From NCBI RefSeq assembly GCF_035497915.1, contig NZ_DATJCS010000012.1:62068-126067 (forward strand): a stretch of 64,000 nucleotides of DNA. Direction: 5' to 3'. The notes under the pieces were generated by a model. The model ran no database searches. It had not been told where the DNA came from and saw nothing but the letters and a program-made list of their open reading frames with translations. The DNA comes from Pseudomonas sp. Its GTDB lineage: Bacteria; Pseudomonadota; Gammaproteobacteria; Pseudomonadales; Pseudomonadaceae. This document shows positions 10,599-22,993 of this stretch, in pieces (within the stretch, counting starts at the first letter, position 1; each line of letters starts with the position of its first letter). A program made the position numbers and the translations under genes.

Positions 10599-12461
10599 AT
10601 GCTGAACAAATATCCCCTGTGGAAATATCTGCTGATTCTTGCGGTCCTGGCCCTCGGCCTGGTGTACTCCGCGCCCAACCTGTATCCCGATGACCCCTCG
10701 ATCCAGATCACCGGCACCAGCACGGCGCTGCGCATCGACGAGGTTGCGGTCGACAGGGCTGCCCAGGCGCTGCGCGCGGCGGGCATCACGGTCAAGTCCA
10801 GCGAGGTGAGCGAGCGTGGCGGCCTGCTGCGTCTGACCCGCCTGGCCGACCAGCTACCGGCCAAGGATGTGGTGCGCAAGGCCCTCGGCGACGACTATGT
10901 GGTGGCCCTCAACCTGGCGCCCACCACGCCCGACTGGCTGCGCAGCATCGGCGCCTCGCCGATGAAACTGGGTCTGGACCTGTCCGGTGGTGTGCACTTC
11001 CTGCTGGAAGTGGACATGGACAAGGCGATCGATGCGCGCCTGAAAGTCTACGAGGGCGAGGTGAAGAGCCTGCTGCGCAAGGAGCGTATCCGCTACCGCA
11101 GCATGCCGGGCGGCGACAACGCCTTCCAGCTGGGTTTCACCGACAGCGAAAGTCTCGACCGGGCCCAGAGCCTGATCCGCAAGACCTTCACCGATTTCGA
11201 GCTGACCAGCAGCGTGCGCAACCAGCTGCAGGTGCTCAATGTCGCGCTGACACCGGCCACCCTGGCCGATATCCGCGAATACTCCATCAAGCAGAACCTC
11301 ACCACCGTGCGTAACCGCGTCAACGAACTCGGCGTGGCCGAGCCGCTGGTGCAGCGCCAGGGCGCCAACCGCATCGTGGTCGAGCTGCCGGGTGTGCAGG
11401 ACACCGCCGAGGCCAAGCGGATTCTCGGCAAGACGGCCAGCCTGGAGTTCCGCCTGGCTGCCGAGCCGGATGCCGCGCGCGCCACCACCGAGACCTTCGA
11501 TTTCCGTGAAGAAGGCCGCGCCCCGGTGGCGCTGGAGCGCAGTGTGATCATCACCGGTGACCAGGTGACCGATGCGCAAGCCAGCTACGACGAGAATGGT
11601 CGCCCGCAGGTGAACATTCGTCTGGACGGGCACGGCGGCGAGCTGATGAACCGTGCCACCCGCAACAACGTCGGGCGCAGCATGGCGGTGCTGTTCATCG
11701 AGCAGCGCCCCGTGACCCGCTACGTCAAGGAGCTGGTCGACGGCGTCGAGCAGGAAGTGGCGGTACAGAGCTTCCGCGAGGAGAAGAAAGTCATCTCCCT
11801 GGCCACCATTCAGTCGGCGCTGGGCAGCCAGTTCCGCATCACCGGCCTGGACGGCCAGGGCGAGTCTTCGGAGCTGGCGCTGCTGCTGCGCGCCGGCGGC
11901 CTGGCCGCGCCGATGTACTTCGCTGAAGAACGCACCATTGGCCCGAGCCTGGGCGCGGAGAACATCGCCAAGGGCATCGAGTCCACCTGGTGGGCACTGA
12001 TCCTGGTCTCGCTGTTCGTCATTGTCATCTACAAGTTCTTCGGCATCCTGGCCACCGTCGCGCTGGCGTTCAACCTGGTGCTGCTGGTCGGTCTGATGTC
12101 GGTGATCGGTGCGACGCTGACCCTGCCGGGTATCGCCGGCATCGTGCTGACGCTGGGCATGGCGGTGGATGCCAACGTGCTGATCTTCTCGCGGATCCGC
12201 GAGGAGCTGAAGAATGGCCTGTCGGTACAGCGCGCCATTCACGAGGGCTTCGACCGTGCCTTCACGGCGATCATCGACAGTAACCTGACCACCCTGCTGG
12301 TCGGCGCCATCCTGTTCGCACTTGGTACCGGGCCGGTCAAGGGCTTCGCGGTCACGCTGTCGCTCGGCATCCTGACCTCGATGTTCACCGCCATCATGTT
12401 CACGCGCGGCCAGGTCAACCTGCTCTTCGGCGGTCGCAACGTGAAGAAACTGTGGATCTGA
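10599..12461 (+). CDS. secD: Protein translocase subunit SecD
   Basis: LGLDLSGG, RVNELGVAEP, IGPSLG, GMAVDANVLIFSRIREE. Confidence 0.97.
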   Translation: MLNKYPLWKYLLILAVLALGLVYSAPNLYPDDPSIQITGTSTALRIDEVAVDRAAQALRAAGITVKSSEVSERGGLLRLTRLADQLPAKDVVRKALGDDYVVALNLAPTTPDWLRSIGASPMKLGLDLSGGVHFLLEVDMDKAIDARLKVYEGEVKSLLRKERIRYRSMPGGDNAFQLGFTDSESLDRAQSLIRKTFTDFELTSSVRNQLQVLNVALTPATLADIREYSIKQNLTTVRNRVNELGVAEPLVQRQGANRIVVELPGVQDTAEAKRILGKTASLEFRLAAEPDAARATTETFDFREEGRAPVALERSVIITGDQVTDAQASYDENGRPQVNIRLDGHGGELMNRATRNNVGRSMAVLFIEQRPVTRYVKELVDGVEQEVAVQSFREEKKVISLATIQSALGSQFRITGLDGQGESSELALLLRAGGLAAPMYFAEERTIGPSLGAENIAKGIESTWWALILVSLFVIVIYKFFGILATVALAFNLVLLVGLMSVIGATLTLPGIAGIVLTLGMAVDANVLIFSRIREELKNGLSVQRAIHEGFDRAFTAIIDSNLTTLLVGAILFALGTGPVKGFAVTLSLGILTSMFTAIMFTRGQVNLLFGGRNVKKLWI

Positions 12462-12471
12462 GGGCCAGGCC

Positions 12472-13386
12472 GTGATCAAGAAAACCATTCCCTTCATGGC
12501 GATCCGCAATCTTGCGTTCGCCATCACGCTGATCCTGACTGTCGTGGGCATCGCTGCCCTGGCGGTCAAGGGTCTCAATTTCGGCCTGGACTTCACCGGC
12601 GGCACGCTGATCGAGCTGCAGTACGAGCAGCCGGCTGACCTGGAGCGCATCAAGCGCGAGCTGGGGCAGGCCGGCTACACGGATGCGGTGGTGCAGAGCT
12701 TCGGCGCCACCACCGACGTGCTGATCCGCATGGCCGGCGACGATCCGCAGCTGGGCGCGAAGGTGGGCGAGGCGCTGCGTGCCATCGACCCGGCCGCGGG
12801 CTTCGAGATCAAGCGTGTCGAGTTCGTCGGTCCGCAGGTCGGTGAGGAGCTGCGCGACCAGGGTGGCCTGGCCATGCTGTTGGCGCTCGGCGGCATCCTG
12901 GTGTACCTGGCGTTCCGCTTCCAGTGGAAGTTCGGCGTTGGCGCCATCGCCTCGCTGGCCCACGACACCATCCTCACTTTGGGTCTGCTGGCGCTGCTGG
13001 AAGTGCCGTTCGACCTGACGGTGCTGGCTGCGGTGCTGGCGATGATCGGTTACTCGCTGAACGACACCATCATCATCTACGACCGCATCCGCGAGAACTT
13101 CCGGGTGCTGCGCAAGGCCAGCCTGATCGAGAACATCGATATCTCGGTCACCCAGACCCTGCTGCGCACCATGGCCACCTCGTTCTCCACCGCGCTGGCG
13201 CTGATCGCCCTGCTGGTCTGGGGTGGCGACGTGCTGGCCGGTTTCGCCGTTGCCCTGCTGATCGGCGTGGTGGTGGGTACCTACTCGTCGGTGTACATCG
13301 GCGCCACGGTGCTGGTCTGGCTGAAGCTGACCAGCGAGGACCTGATCCCGCCGGCAACCGAAGAGGCAGTCGACGAAAGGCCCTGA
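12472..13386 (+). CDS. secF: Protein translocase subunit SecF
   Basis: GLDFTGG, VGPQVG, GYSLNDTIIIYDRIRE. Confidence 0.97.
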   Translation: MIKKTIPFMAIRNLAFAITLILTVVGIAALAVKGLNFGLDFTGGTLIELQYEQPADLERIKRELGQAGYTDAVVQSFGATTDVLIRMAGDDPQLGAKVGEALRAIDPAAGFEIKRVEFVGPQVGEELRDQGGLAMLLALGGILVYLAFRFQWKFGVGAIASLAHDTILTLGLLALLEVPFDLTVLAAVLAMIGYSLNDTIIIYDRIRENFRVLRKASLIENIDISVTQTLLRTMATSFSTALALIALLVWGGDVLAGFAVALLIGVVVGTYSSVYIGATVLVWLKLTSEDLIPPATEEAVDERP

Positions 13387-13449
13387 ACCGACACGGCCAT
13401 TTCCAGTCCAAGGCACGGATTTTTGATTCCGTGTGGACTGGAGGTGGCT

Positions 13450-13989
13450 GTGAAGAAATCGATGATCGTCGGCGTGGTGCTCGGCGCGGTCGGTGTGACG
13501 GCAGGCGGAGCGCTGGCGACCTATCAATGGACAGGCGATCGCGAACCGCAATTCGCGACCGTGCTGGACGTGAAGCCGGTGAAGGAAACCCGGCGCACCC
13601 CGCGCCAGGTCTGTCAGGACGTCACCGTGACGCATCAGCGTCCGGTTCAGGATCAGCATCAGATCGCCGGCACCGCCATCGGCGCGGTGGTCGGTGGTCT
13701 GCTGGGCAATCAGGTCGGCGGCGGCAGCGGCAAGAAACTGGCCACGGTGGCCGGTGCGGTGGGTGGCGGTTACGCCGGCAACAAGGTGCAGGAACGCATG
13801 CAATCCAATGACACCTACACCACCACCGAAACCCGTTGCGAGACGGTGCAGGACACCCATGAGGAGCTGGTCGGCTACGACGTCAGCTACGAGCTGGGTG
13901 GTCAGCGCGGCTCGGTGCGCATGGATCGTGATCCGGGGGCGCAGATCCCGGTGCGCGACGGCCAGTTGGTATTGGCGGAGCAGCAGTAA
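13450..13989 (+). CDS. Glycine zipper 2TM domain protein
   Basis: GTAIGAVVGGLLGNQVGGGSGKKLATVAGAVGGGYAG; GTG start behind GGAGG. Confidence 0.9.
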   Translation: MKKSMIVGVVLGAVGVTAGGALATYQWTGDREPQFATVLDVKPVKETRRTPRQVCQDVTVTHQRPVQDQHQIAGTAIGAVVGGLLGNQVGGGSGKKLATVAGAVGGGYAGNKVQERMQSNDTYTTTETRCETVQDTHEELVGYDVSYELGGQRGSVRMDRDPGAQIPVRDGQLVLAEQQ

Positions 13990-14011
13990 TCGAGCTCGCT
14001 TCTGCGGAAAT

Positions 14012-14038
14012 AAAAAAAGCGCCCTTGGGCGCTTTTTT
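14012..14038. terminator. Bidirectional intrinsic terminator
   Basis: A7-GCGCCC-TT-GGGCGC-T6 between convergent genes. Confidence 0.88.
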
Positions 14039-14054
14039 CATGTCTGGCGGATCC

Positions 14055-14876
14055 TCACAGCTGACGCTTGAGGCTCGGCCACAGGTGCGGCTGGATGGCG
14101 GTGAGTACCGCCTTGAAGCACTTGGTGTTGCCGGCGACGATGTGCCCCTTGTCGAGGAATTCGTGGCCACCGGTGAAGTCGCTCACCAGACCGCCCGCTT
14201 CCTGGATCAGCAGCACGCCGGCCGCCATATCCCATTCGGACAGGCCGAATTCCCAGAAGGCGTCATAGCGGCCGGCGGCCACATAGGCCAGGTCCAGGCT
14301 GGCCGCGCCGGCGCGGCGGATGCCGGCGGTGTCGCCCACCAGGCTGCGGAACATGCCCAGGTAGTTTTCCAGGTGGTCGAGCTGGCTGTCGCGGAAGGGG
14401 AAGCCGGTGCCCAGCAGCGCGCCTTCCAGGCTCTTGCGGTTGCTGACGCGGATACGGCGACCATTCAGGGCGGCGCCGCGGCCACGGCTGGCGGTGAACT
14501 CTTCCTGGCGAACCGGGTCGAGCACCACGGCATGTTCCAGACGGCCCTTGTACTTGCAGGCGATGCTCACGGCGAAATGCGGAACGCCGCGCAGGAAATT
14601 GGTGGTGCCGTCCAGCGGGTCGATGATCCACTGGTAATCGGCGCCTTCGCCGGTGCCGGCGATTTCGCCGGTTTCTTCCCCTTTGAAGCCATGGTTCGGG
14701 TAGGACTTGCGCAGCAGATTGATGATGCACTGCTCGGCGGCAACATCGATCTCGCTGACGTAGTCCTTGGCATCCTTCTCGTTCGCCGAGATGCTGTCCA
14801 GGCGTTCGATGGAGCGGAAAATCAGTTCACCGGCGCTGCGCGCAGCGCGCAAGGCGATGTTCAGCATGGGCTGCAT
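14055..14876 (-). CDS. suhB: Inositol monophosphatase family protein SuhB
   Basis: MQPMLNIALRAAR, WIIDPLDGTTNF, WDMAAG. Confidence 0.96.
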   Translation of the reverse strand: MQPMLNIALRAARSAGELIFRSIERLDSISANEKDAKDYVSEIDVAAEQCIINLLRKSYPNHGFKGEETGEIAGTGEGADYQWIIDPLDGTTNFLRGVPHFAVSIACKYKGRLEHAVVLDPVRQEEFTASRGRGAALNGRRIRVSNRKSLEGALLGTGFPFRDSQLDHLENYLGMFRSLVGDTAGIRRAGAASLDLAYVAAGRYDAFWEFGLSEWDMAAGVLLIQEAGGLVSDFTGGHEFLDKGHIVAGNTKCFKAVLTAIQPHLWPSLKRQL

Positions 14877-15056
14877 GGGGGAAAACACCTGGGCTGTTAA
14901 AGAAAGCCGCGAATTCTATCAGAAAGCCTGGCGGACGCGTGAGTGGCATTGACCGGCTGCCGGCAGGTGATGGGTGAGTCGGCAATGTTGCGTGGCGAGC
15001 GTGAACCGCCATCGGCTAAGATTCTGCCCCTTCCGTTTTCTCAAGTGGAGCAGGGC

Positions 15057-15836
15057 GTGCTACAGAACATCCGCGTGGTGCTGGTCAATACCAGCCATCC
15101 CGGCAACATCGGCGGGGCGGCCCGTGCCATGAAGAACATGGGGCTGTCGCGCCTGGTGCTGGTCGATCCCGAGGAGTTTCCCAGCCCCAAGGCGGTGGCG
15201 CGGGCGTCCGGCGCCACCGACGTGCTGGACAACGCCCAGGTGGTCGCCACGCTGGAGGAGGCGCTGGTCGGCTGCAGCCTGGTCATGGGCACCAGTGCGC
15301 GGGATCGGCGCATTCCCTGGCCGTTGCTCGATCCCCGCGAGGGCGCGGGCAAGACGTTGGAACAGGTTTCGCTGGGCGGCGAAGTGGCGCTGGTGTTCGG
15401 CCGCGAGTATGCCGGGCTGACCAACGAGGAATTGCAGCGCTGCCAGTTTCACGTGCACATTCCCTCCGACCCGGAGTTCGGCTCGCTGAACCTGGCGGCC
15501 GCCGTGCAGGTGCTCACCTACGAGGTGCGCATGGCCTGGCTGGCGGCGCAGGGCGCACCGACCAAGATGGAAAAGCTGGAAGCCACCGCCATCCTGGATA
15601 CCCAGCCGGTGACCATGGATGAGCTGGAGCGTTATTTCGAACATCTGGAGCAGACGTTGGTGGAGATCGGCTTCCTCGATCCGCAGAAGCCCCGTCATCT
15701 GATGGCGCGGTTGCGACGGCTGTACGGGCGCAGCGGCATCAGCAAGCTGGAAATGAACATCCTGCGCGGCATCCTCACCGAAACCCAGAAGGCGGCGCGC
15801 GGCGAGCCCCACAAGCGGAGAGCAGACGATGTTTGA
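15057..15836 (+). CDS. trmJ: tRNA (C32/U32) 2'-O-methyltransferase
   Basis: [39 protein letters not shown] (SPOUT). Confidence 0.95.
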   Translation: MLQNIRVVLVNTSHPGNIGGAARAMKNMGLSRLVLVDPEEFPSPKAVARASGATDVLDNAQVVATLEEALVGCSLVMGTSARDRRIPWPLLDPREGAGKTLEQVSLGGEVALVFGREYAGLTNEELQRCQFHVHIPSDPEFGSLNLAAAVQVLTYEVRMAWLAAQGAPTKMEKLEATAILDTQPVTMDELERYFEHLEQTLVEIGFLDPQKPRHLMARLRRLYGRSGISKLEMNILRGILTETQKAARGEPHKRRADDV

Positions 15837-16617
15837 TCGCATGCGTGAGGATATTCGAAGCGTCTTCAGCCGCGACCCGGCGGCGCGCAGCGTGCTCGAG
15901 GTGCTGTTGTGCTACCCCGGGCTGCACGCGGTGTGGATGCATCGGCTGGCGCACCGCCTGTGGCGCGCCGACTGGCGGCTGCTGGCACGGCTGGTCTCGC
16001 ACATCGGGCGCTGGCTGACCGGCATCGAGATCCATCCCGGCGCGAAGATCGGCCACCGTTTCTTCATCGACCACGGCATGGGCGTGGTGATCGGCGAGAC
16101 CGCCGAAATCGGCGACGACGTGACCCTCTACCACGGCGTCACCCTGGGCGGCACCAGCTGGAACAAGGGCAAGCGCCATCCGACCCTGGAGGACGGCGTG
16201 ATCGTCGGCGCCGGGGCGAAGATCCTCGGGCCGTTCACCGTGGGTGCCGGCGCCAAGGTTGGCTCCAACGCGGTGGTCACCAAGGCGGTGCCGGCGGGCG
16301 TCACCGTGGTCGGCAACCCGGGCCGGGTGGTGGTCAAGACCACCGGTGAGGAGCAGGCCAAGCGCAAGGCTATCGCCGAGAAGTACGGCTTCGATGCCTA
16401 TGCGGTAGGCGAGAACATGCCCGATCCGGTGACCAAGGCCATCGGCCAGCTGCTTGACCATCTGCATGCCGTGGATGGTCGCCTGGAAGAGATGAATCGC
16501 GCCCTCAAGGCGCTCGGCTACTGCTGTGGCGAGCTGCCGGCGCTGCGGGACGAGGACTTCGTCGAGATCAAGGAAGCGATTCGCGGCGAGACGAAAGAGC
16601 CTGGCGCCCAGGGTTGA
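15829..16617 (+). CDS. cysE: Serine O-acetyltransferase
   Basis: [30 protein letters not shown], hexapeptide repeats. Confidence 0.95.
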   Translation: MFDRMREDIRSVFSRDPAARSVLEVLLCYPGLHAVWMHRLAHRLWRADWRLLARLVSHIGRWLTGIEIHPGAKIGHRFFIDHGMGVVIGETAEIGDDVTLYHGVTLGGTSWNKGKRHPTLEDGVIVGAGAKILGPFTVGAGAKVGSNAVVTKAVPAGVTVVGNPGRVVVKTTGEEQAKRKAIAEKYGFDAYAVGENMPDPVTKAIGQLLDHLHAVDGRLEEMNRALKALGYCCGELPALRDEDFVEIKEAIRGETKEPGAQG

Positions 16618-16665
16618 TGCGCGGCCAGCGGTGGCCTGCTATCATGCCGGCCGCTTTCCGCTGGT

Positions 16666-16715
16666 AAATCCTAGTATTTCGATCAGTCTTATAGTTGACT
16701 CAAATACTCGGAGAT
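16666..16715. promoter_or_regulatory. Tandem IscR type-1 operator sites at the iscR promoter
   Basis: ATAGTTGACTCAAATACTCGGAGAT (16691-16715, overlapping the -35 TTGACT) and an upstream reversed site (16666-16690). Confidence 0.78.
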
Positions 16716-16757
16716 TGGATACTTGCGCCCATTCCAGCGAACCTGTGGTATCCCGCG

Positions 16758-17249
16758 ATGCGACTCACCACCAAAGGCCGTTACGCCGTGACCGCCATGC
16801 TCGATCTGGCCCTGCATGCGCAGCAGGGGCCGGTTTCCCTGGCTGATATTTCCGAGCGCCAGGGCATTTCCCTGTCCTACCTGGAACAGCTCTTCGCCAA
16901 GCTGCGGCGTAACGAGCTGGTCACCAGCGTGCGCGGTCCGGGGGGCGGCTACTACCTCTCCCGCGATTCCCGCGAAATCCAGGTCGCCGAAGTGATTGAT
17001 GCGGTCAACGAATCGGTGGATGCCACGCGTTGCCAGGGCCTGGGTGACTGCCACTCGGGTGACACCTGTCTTACCCATCACCTGTGGTGCGATCTGAGTG
17101 AACGCATCCATGAATTCCTGAGCGGCATCAGCCTGGCCGACCTGGTCGGTCGCAGCGAGGTGCAGGAAGTCTCTCGGCGCCAGGACCAGCGCTGCGTTCC
17201 CGGCATGAAGCCGCAATTCGACAAGATTGAAGCGTCCGCCGTGGAATGA
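16758..17249 (+). CDS. iscR: Fe-S cluster assembly regulator IscR
   Basis: [27 protein letters not shown], three Cys ligands. Confidence 0.97.
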   Translation: MRLTTKGRYAVTAMLDLALHAQQGPVSLADISERQGISLSYLEQLFAKLRRNELVTSVRGPGGGYYLSRDSREIQVAEVIDAVNESVDATRCQGLGDCHSGDTCLTHHLWCDLSERIHEFLSGISLADLVGRSEVQEVSRRQDQRCVPGMKPQFDKIEASAVE

Positions 17250-17278
17250 GTGGGCTGCCGCCTGTTAGGAGAGAATCA

Positions 17279-18493
17279 ATGAAGTTGCCGATTTACCTCG
17301 ATTATTCCGCCACCACCCCGGTCGATCCCCGCGTGGCGAAGCTGATGTGCGATTGCCTGACCCTGGAGGGCAACTTCGGCAACCCGGCGTCGCGTTCCCA
17401 CGTGTTCGGCTGGAAGGCCGAAGAGGCGGTGGAAAATGCCCGTCGCCAGGTGGCCGATCTGGTCAACGCCGACCCGCGCGAGATCGTCTGGACCTCCGGC
17501 GCCACCGAGTCCGACAACCTGGCCATCAAGGGTGTCGCGCACTTCTACGCCAGCAAGGGCAAGCACATCATCACCTCGAAGATCGAGCACAAGGCGGTGC
17601 TGGACACCACCCGCCAGCTGGAGCGCGAAGGCTTCGAAGTCACCTACCTGGAACCGGGCGAGGACGGCATCATCACTCCGTCCATGGTCGAGGCGGCGCT
17701 GCGCGACGACACCATCCTGGTGTCGATCATGCATGTGAACAACGAGATCGGCACCATCAACGACATCGCCGCCATCGGCGAGCTGACCCGCTCGCGCGGC
17801 ATCCTGTTCCATGTCGATGCGGCCCAGTCCACCGGCAAGGTGGCCATCGACCTGGAGAACATGAAGGTCGACCTGATGAGCTTCTCCGCCCACAAGACCT
17901 ACGGTCCCAAGGGCATCGGCGCGCTGTACGTGCGCCGCAAGCCGCGCGTGCGCCTGGAAGCCCAGATGCACGGTGGCGGCCACGAGCGCGGCATGCGCTC
18001 CGGTACCCTGGCGACCCACCAGATCGTCGGCATGGGCGAAGCGTTCCGCATCGCCAAGGAAGACCTGGCTAAGGACACCGCTCACGTGCTGGCCCTGCGC
18101 GATCGCTTCCTCCAGCAGGTCGAGGGCATGGAAGAGTTGTACGTCAACGGCAGCCTGACCCAGCGCGTGCCGCACAACCTGAACCTCAGTTTCAACTATG
18201 TGGAAGGCGAGTCGCTGATCATGGCGCTCAAGGACCTGGCGGTTTCCTCCGGTTCCGCCTGTACCTCCGCCTCCCTGGAACCGTCCTACGTGCTGCGTGC
18301 CCTGGGACGCAACGACGAGCTGGCCCACAGTTCCATCCGCTTCACCTTCGGCCGCTTCACGACCGAGGAAGAGGTGGACTACGCCGCGCAGAAAGTGCGC
18401 CAGGCCGTGGACAAGCTGCGTGAGCTGTCCCCGCTGTGGGATATGTACAAAGAGGGCGTCGACCTGACCCAGGTCGAATGGCAGGCGCACTAA
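17279..18493 (+). CDS. iscS: Cysteine desulfurase IscS
   Basis: [27 protein letters not shown]. Confidence 0.97.
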   Translation: MKLPIYLDYSATTPVDPRVAKLMCDCLTLEGNFGNPASRSHVFGWKAEEAVENARRQVADLVNADPREIVWTSGATESDNLAIKGVAHFYASKGKHIITSKIEHKAVLDTTRQLEREGFEVTYLEPGEDGIITPSMVEAALRDDTILVSIMHVNNEIGTINDIAAIGELTRSRGILFHVDAAQSTGKVAIDLENMKVDLMSFSAHKTYGPKGIGALYVRRKPRVRLEAQMHGGGHERGMRSGTLATHQIVGMGEAFRIAKEDLAKDTAHVLALRDRFLQQVEGMEELYVNGSLTQRVPHNLNLSFNYVEGESLIMALKDLAVSSGSACTSASLEPSYVLRALGRNDELAHSSIRFTFGRFTTEEEVDYAAQKVRQAVDKLRELSPLWDMYKEGVDLTQVEWQAH

Positions 18494-18530
18494 GACGCCG
18501 CCCGCACCGTGATTCAAGAGGAGTTGCACC

Positions 18531-18917
18531 ATGGCTTACAGTGACAAGGTCATCGACCACTACGAAAACCCGCGCAACGTTGGCAAGTTCGACGCCGAGG
18601 ACCCGGATGTCGGCACCGGCATGGTCGGCGCGCCGGCGTGTGGCGACGTGATGCGCCTGCAGATCAAGGTCAACGACGCGGGCGTCATCGAAGACGCCAA
18701 GTTCAAGACCTACGGCTGTGGCTCGGCCATCGCCTCCAGCTCCCTGGCTACCGAATGGATGAAGGGCAAGACCCTGGACGAGGCCGCGGCGCTGAAGAAC
18801 ACCATGATCGCCGAGGAGCTGGCGTTGCCGCCGGTGAAGATCCACTGCTCGGTACTCGCCGAGGACGCCATCAAGGCGGCCGTGCGCGACTACAAGCAAA
18901 AGAAGGGTCTGGTCTGA
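18531..18917 (+). CDS. iscU: Fe-S scaffold IscU
   Basis: APACGD, GCGS, LPPVKIHC. Confidence 0.97.
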   Translation: MAYSDKVIDHYENPRNVGKFDAEDPDVGTGMVGAPACGDVMRLQIKVNDAGVIEDAKFKTYGCGSAIASSSLATEWMKGKTLDEAAALKNTMIAEELALPPVKIHCSVLAEDAIKAAVRDYKQKKGLV

Positions 18918-18926
18918 GGAGGCGTC

Positions 18927-19250
18927 ATGGCAATCAGCATGACTGAAGCGGCAGCCCGCCACGTGCAGCGCTCCATCAACGGGCGCGGCAAGGGCGTCGG
19001 CATCCGCCTGGGTGTGCGCACCACCGGCTGTTCCGGCCTGGCCTATGTGCTGGAATTCGTCGACGAACTGAAGCCCGAGGACCAGGTGTTCGAGAGTCAT
19101 GGTGTGAACGTCATCATCGACCCCAAGAGCCTGGTCTATCTGGACGGCACCGAGCTGGACTTCACCAAGGAAGGCCTCAACGAAGGCTTCAAGTTCAACA
19201 ACCCCAACGTGCGTGGCGAATGCGGCTGCGGCGAAAGCTTCAGTGTCTGA
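18927..19250 (+). CDS. iscA: Fe-S assembly protein IscA
   Basis: TTGCSG, CGCGESF. Confidence 0.96.
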   Translation: MAISMTEAAARHVQRSINGRGKGVGIRLGVRTTGCSGLAYVLEFVDELKPEDQVFESHGVNVIIDPKSLVYLDGTELDFTKEGLNEGFKFNNPNVRGECGCGESFSV

Positions 19251-19257
19251 GGTGAGC

Positions 19258-19779
19258 ATGGGTACGCCCTGCCACTTCGCCCTGTTCGAGCTGCAGCCGG
19301 ACTTTCGCATCGACCCGCAGGAGCTGTCCGCGCGCTACCGGGAGCTGGCCCGTGCGGTGCATCCCGACCGTTTCGCCGATGCCGGCGAGCGCGAGCAGCG
19401 CCAGGCGCTGGAGCGTTCCGCCGCGCTGAACGAGGCCTATCAGGTGCTGCGCAGTGCGCCGCGCCGGGCGCGTTACCTGCTGGCGCTGGACGGCCATGAG
19501 CTGCCCCTGGAAGCCACCGTGCAGGACCCTGAATTCCTGCTGCAGCAGATGCACTGGCGCGAGGAACTGGAAGAACTGAGCGAAAGCCTGGACCTGGCGG
19601 GTGTCGCTACGTTCAAGCAGCGCCTGAAGCGCGCGCAGCAGCAACTGGAAGACCAGTTCGCCGCCTGCTGGAACGACAGCGCCCAGCGCGAGCAGGCCGA
19701 GCGCCTGGTGCGTCGCATGCAGTTCCTCGACAAGCTCTCCCATGAGGTGCGCGAGCTGGAAGAGCGCCTCGACGATTAA
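19258..19779 (+). CDS. hscB: Co-chaperone HscB
   Basis: J-domain HPD motif, LNEAYQVL. Confidence 0.95.
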   Translation: MGTPCHFALFELQPDFRIDPQELSARYRELARAVHPDRFADAGEREQRQALERSAALNEAYQVLRSAPRRARYLLALDGHELPLEATVQDPEFLLQQMHWREELEELSESLDLAGVATFKQRLKRAQQQLEDQFAACWNDSAQREQAERLVRRMQFLDKLSHEVRELEERLDD

Positions 19780-19821
19780 CCTCCGCCGCGCCCCCGCGCG
19801 GTCTCCGATACGCAGGCAAGC

Positions 19822-21684
<1,863 letters not shown>

Positions 21685-21690
21685 CCAGTC

Positions 21691-22029
21691 ATGCCGCAGA
21701 TCATTTTCCTGCCCCACGCGGAACACTGCCCCGAGGGCGCCGTGATCGAGGCCAATCCGGGCGAAACCGTGCTGGACGCGGCGCTGCGCAACGGCATCGA
21801 CATCGAACACGCCTGCGAGAAGTCCTGCGCCTGCACCACCTGCCATGTGGTGATTCGCGAGGGCTTCAACTCGCTGGAAGCTTCCGACGAACTGGAAGAC
21901 GACATGCTCGACAAGGCCTGGGGTCTGGAGCCGACCTCGCGCCTGTCCTGCCAGGCCGTGGTGGACAACCAGGACCTGGTGGTCGAGATTCCCAAGTACA
22001 CCATCAACCAGGTTTCGGAAGGACACTGA
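21691..22029 (+). CDS. fdx: ISC-system 2Fe-2S ferredoxin
   Basis: HACEKSCACTTCH...RLSCQ. Confidence 0.96.
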   Translation: MPQIIFLPHAEHCPEGAVIEANPGETVLDAALRNGIDIEHACEKSCACTTCHVVIREGFNSLEASDELEDDMLDKAWGLEPTSRLSCQAVVDNQDLVVEIPKYTINQVSEGH

Positions 22030-22032
22030 GCC

Positions 22033-22233
22033 ATGAGTCTGAAGTGGGTGGATGTGCTGGAAATCGCCATTCAGCTGGCCGAGGCCAAGCCGGACGTGGA
22101 CCCGCACTACGTGAACTTCGTCGATCTGCACCGCTGGGTGACCGAGCTGCCGGAATTCGACGACGAGCCGGGACGTGCCGGCGAAAAGGTCCTGGAAGCC
22201 ATCCAGGCTGCCTGGATCGAAGAGCGCGACTGA
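22033..22233 (+). CDS. iscX: Fe-S assembly protein IscX
   Basis: 66 aa, FVDLHRWV...EKVLEAIQAAW. Confidence 0.94.
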   Translation: MSLKWVDVLEIAIQLAEAKPDVDPHYVNFVDLHRWVTELPEFDDEPGRAGEKVLEAIQAAWIEERD

Positions 22234-22240
22234 GGGGGGC

Positions 22241-22402
22241 GGGCGGTCAGCGCTTTTCTGGCCGCCATTGCGGTGGTCCGCCATTGCGGTGGCCGCCATT
22301 GCGGTGGACAAGAACAACCACCCTGCGTTTCGTCAGCCCTTGTAGGAGCGGCTTCAGCCGCGATTGCTCGGCGGGCCCTGTCGCGGCTGAAGGCGCTCCT
22401 AC
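22241..22402. repeat. Mosaic REP array (BIME-like) with three tandem mini-hairpins and a REP doublet
   Basis: GGGCGGTCAGCGCTTTTCTGGCCGCC (22241-22266), 3x CCGCCATTGCGGTG (22261-22306), REP pair 22342-22363 / 22381-22402. Confidence 0.85.
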
Positions 22403-22537
22403 GAAAGCAGCCGTTTCGCTCGCGCCGGTCGTGACATTCGGGCTGGCTGTCGTGTATAGCCTGCGACTACCTTCATCCGTATAATCGTGCGCCTTCATTT
22501 TTCCGCTTCATCCAACCCCGCCTTCTGGAGTTATCCC

Positions 22538-22969
22538 ATGGCCGTTCAACGTACCTTCTCCATCATCAAGCCGGATGCCGTCGCCAAGAACGTCATCGGT
22601 GAAATCACCAGCCGTTTCGAAAAGGCCGGCCTGCGCGTCGTCGCCTCCAAGATGGTGCAACTGTCCGAGCGCGAAGCCGCTGGCTTCTACGCCGAGCACA
22701 GCGCCCGTGGCTTCTTCAAGGATCTGGTCGCCTTCATGACCTCCGGTCCGGTCATCGTCCAGGTGCTGGAAGGTGAAAACGCCGTTCTGAAGAACCGCGA
22801 ACTGATGGGCGCCACCAACCCGAAGGAAGCCGCTGCCGGCACCATCCGCGCCGACTTCGCCGTTTCCATCGACGAGAACGCCGTGCACGGTTCCGACTCC
22901 GAAGCCTCCGCTGCCCGCGAAATCGCCTACTTCTTCGCCGCCACCGAGCTGTGCGATCGCATTCGCTGA
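22538..22969 (+). CDS. ndk: Nucleoside diphosphate kinase
   Basis: [24 protein letters not shown]; TATAAT at 22480-22485. Confidence 0.97.
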   Translation: MAVQRTFSIIKPDAVAKNVIGEITSRFEKAGLRVVASKMVQLSEREAAGFYAEHSARGFFKDLVAFMTSGPVIVQVLEGENAVLKNRELMGATNPKEAAAGTIRADFAVSIDENAVHGSDSEASAAREIAYFFAATELCDRIR

Positions 22970-22993
22970 TAGCGATCGCGAGAGGGTGAATCC

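Noticed and set aside
22261-22306. Short tandem repeats as a possible CRISPR
   Set aside because: Repeats are 15-16 nt with no spacers and no cas genes.
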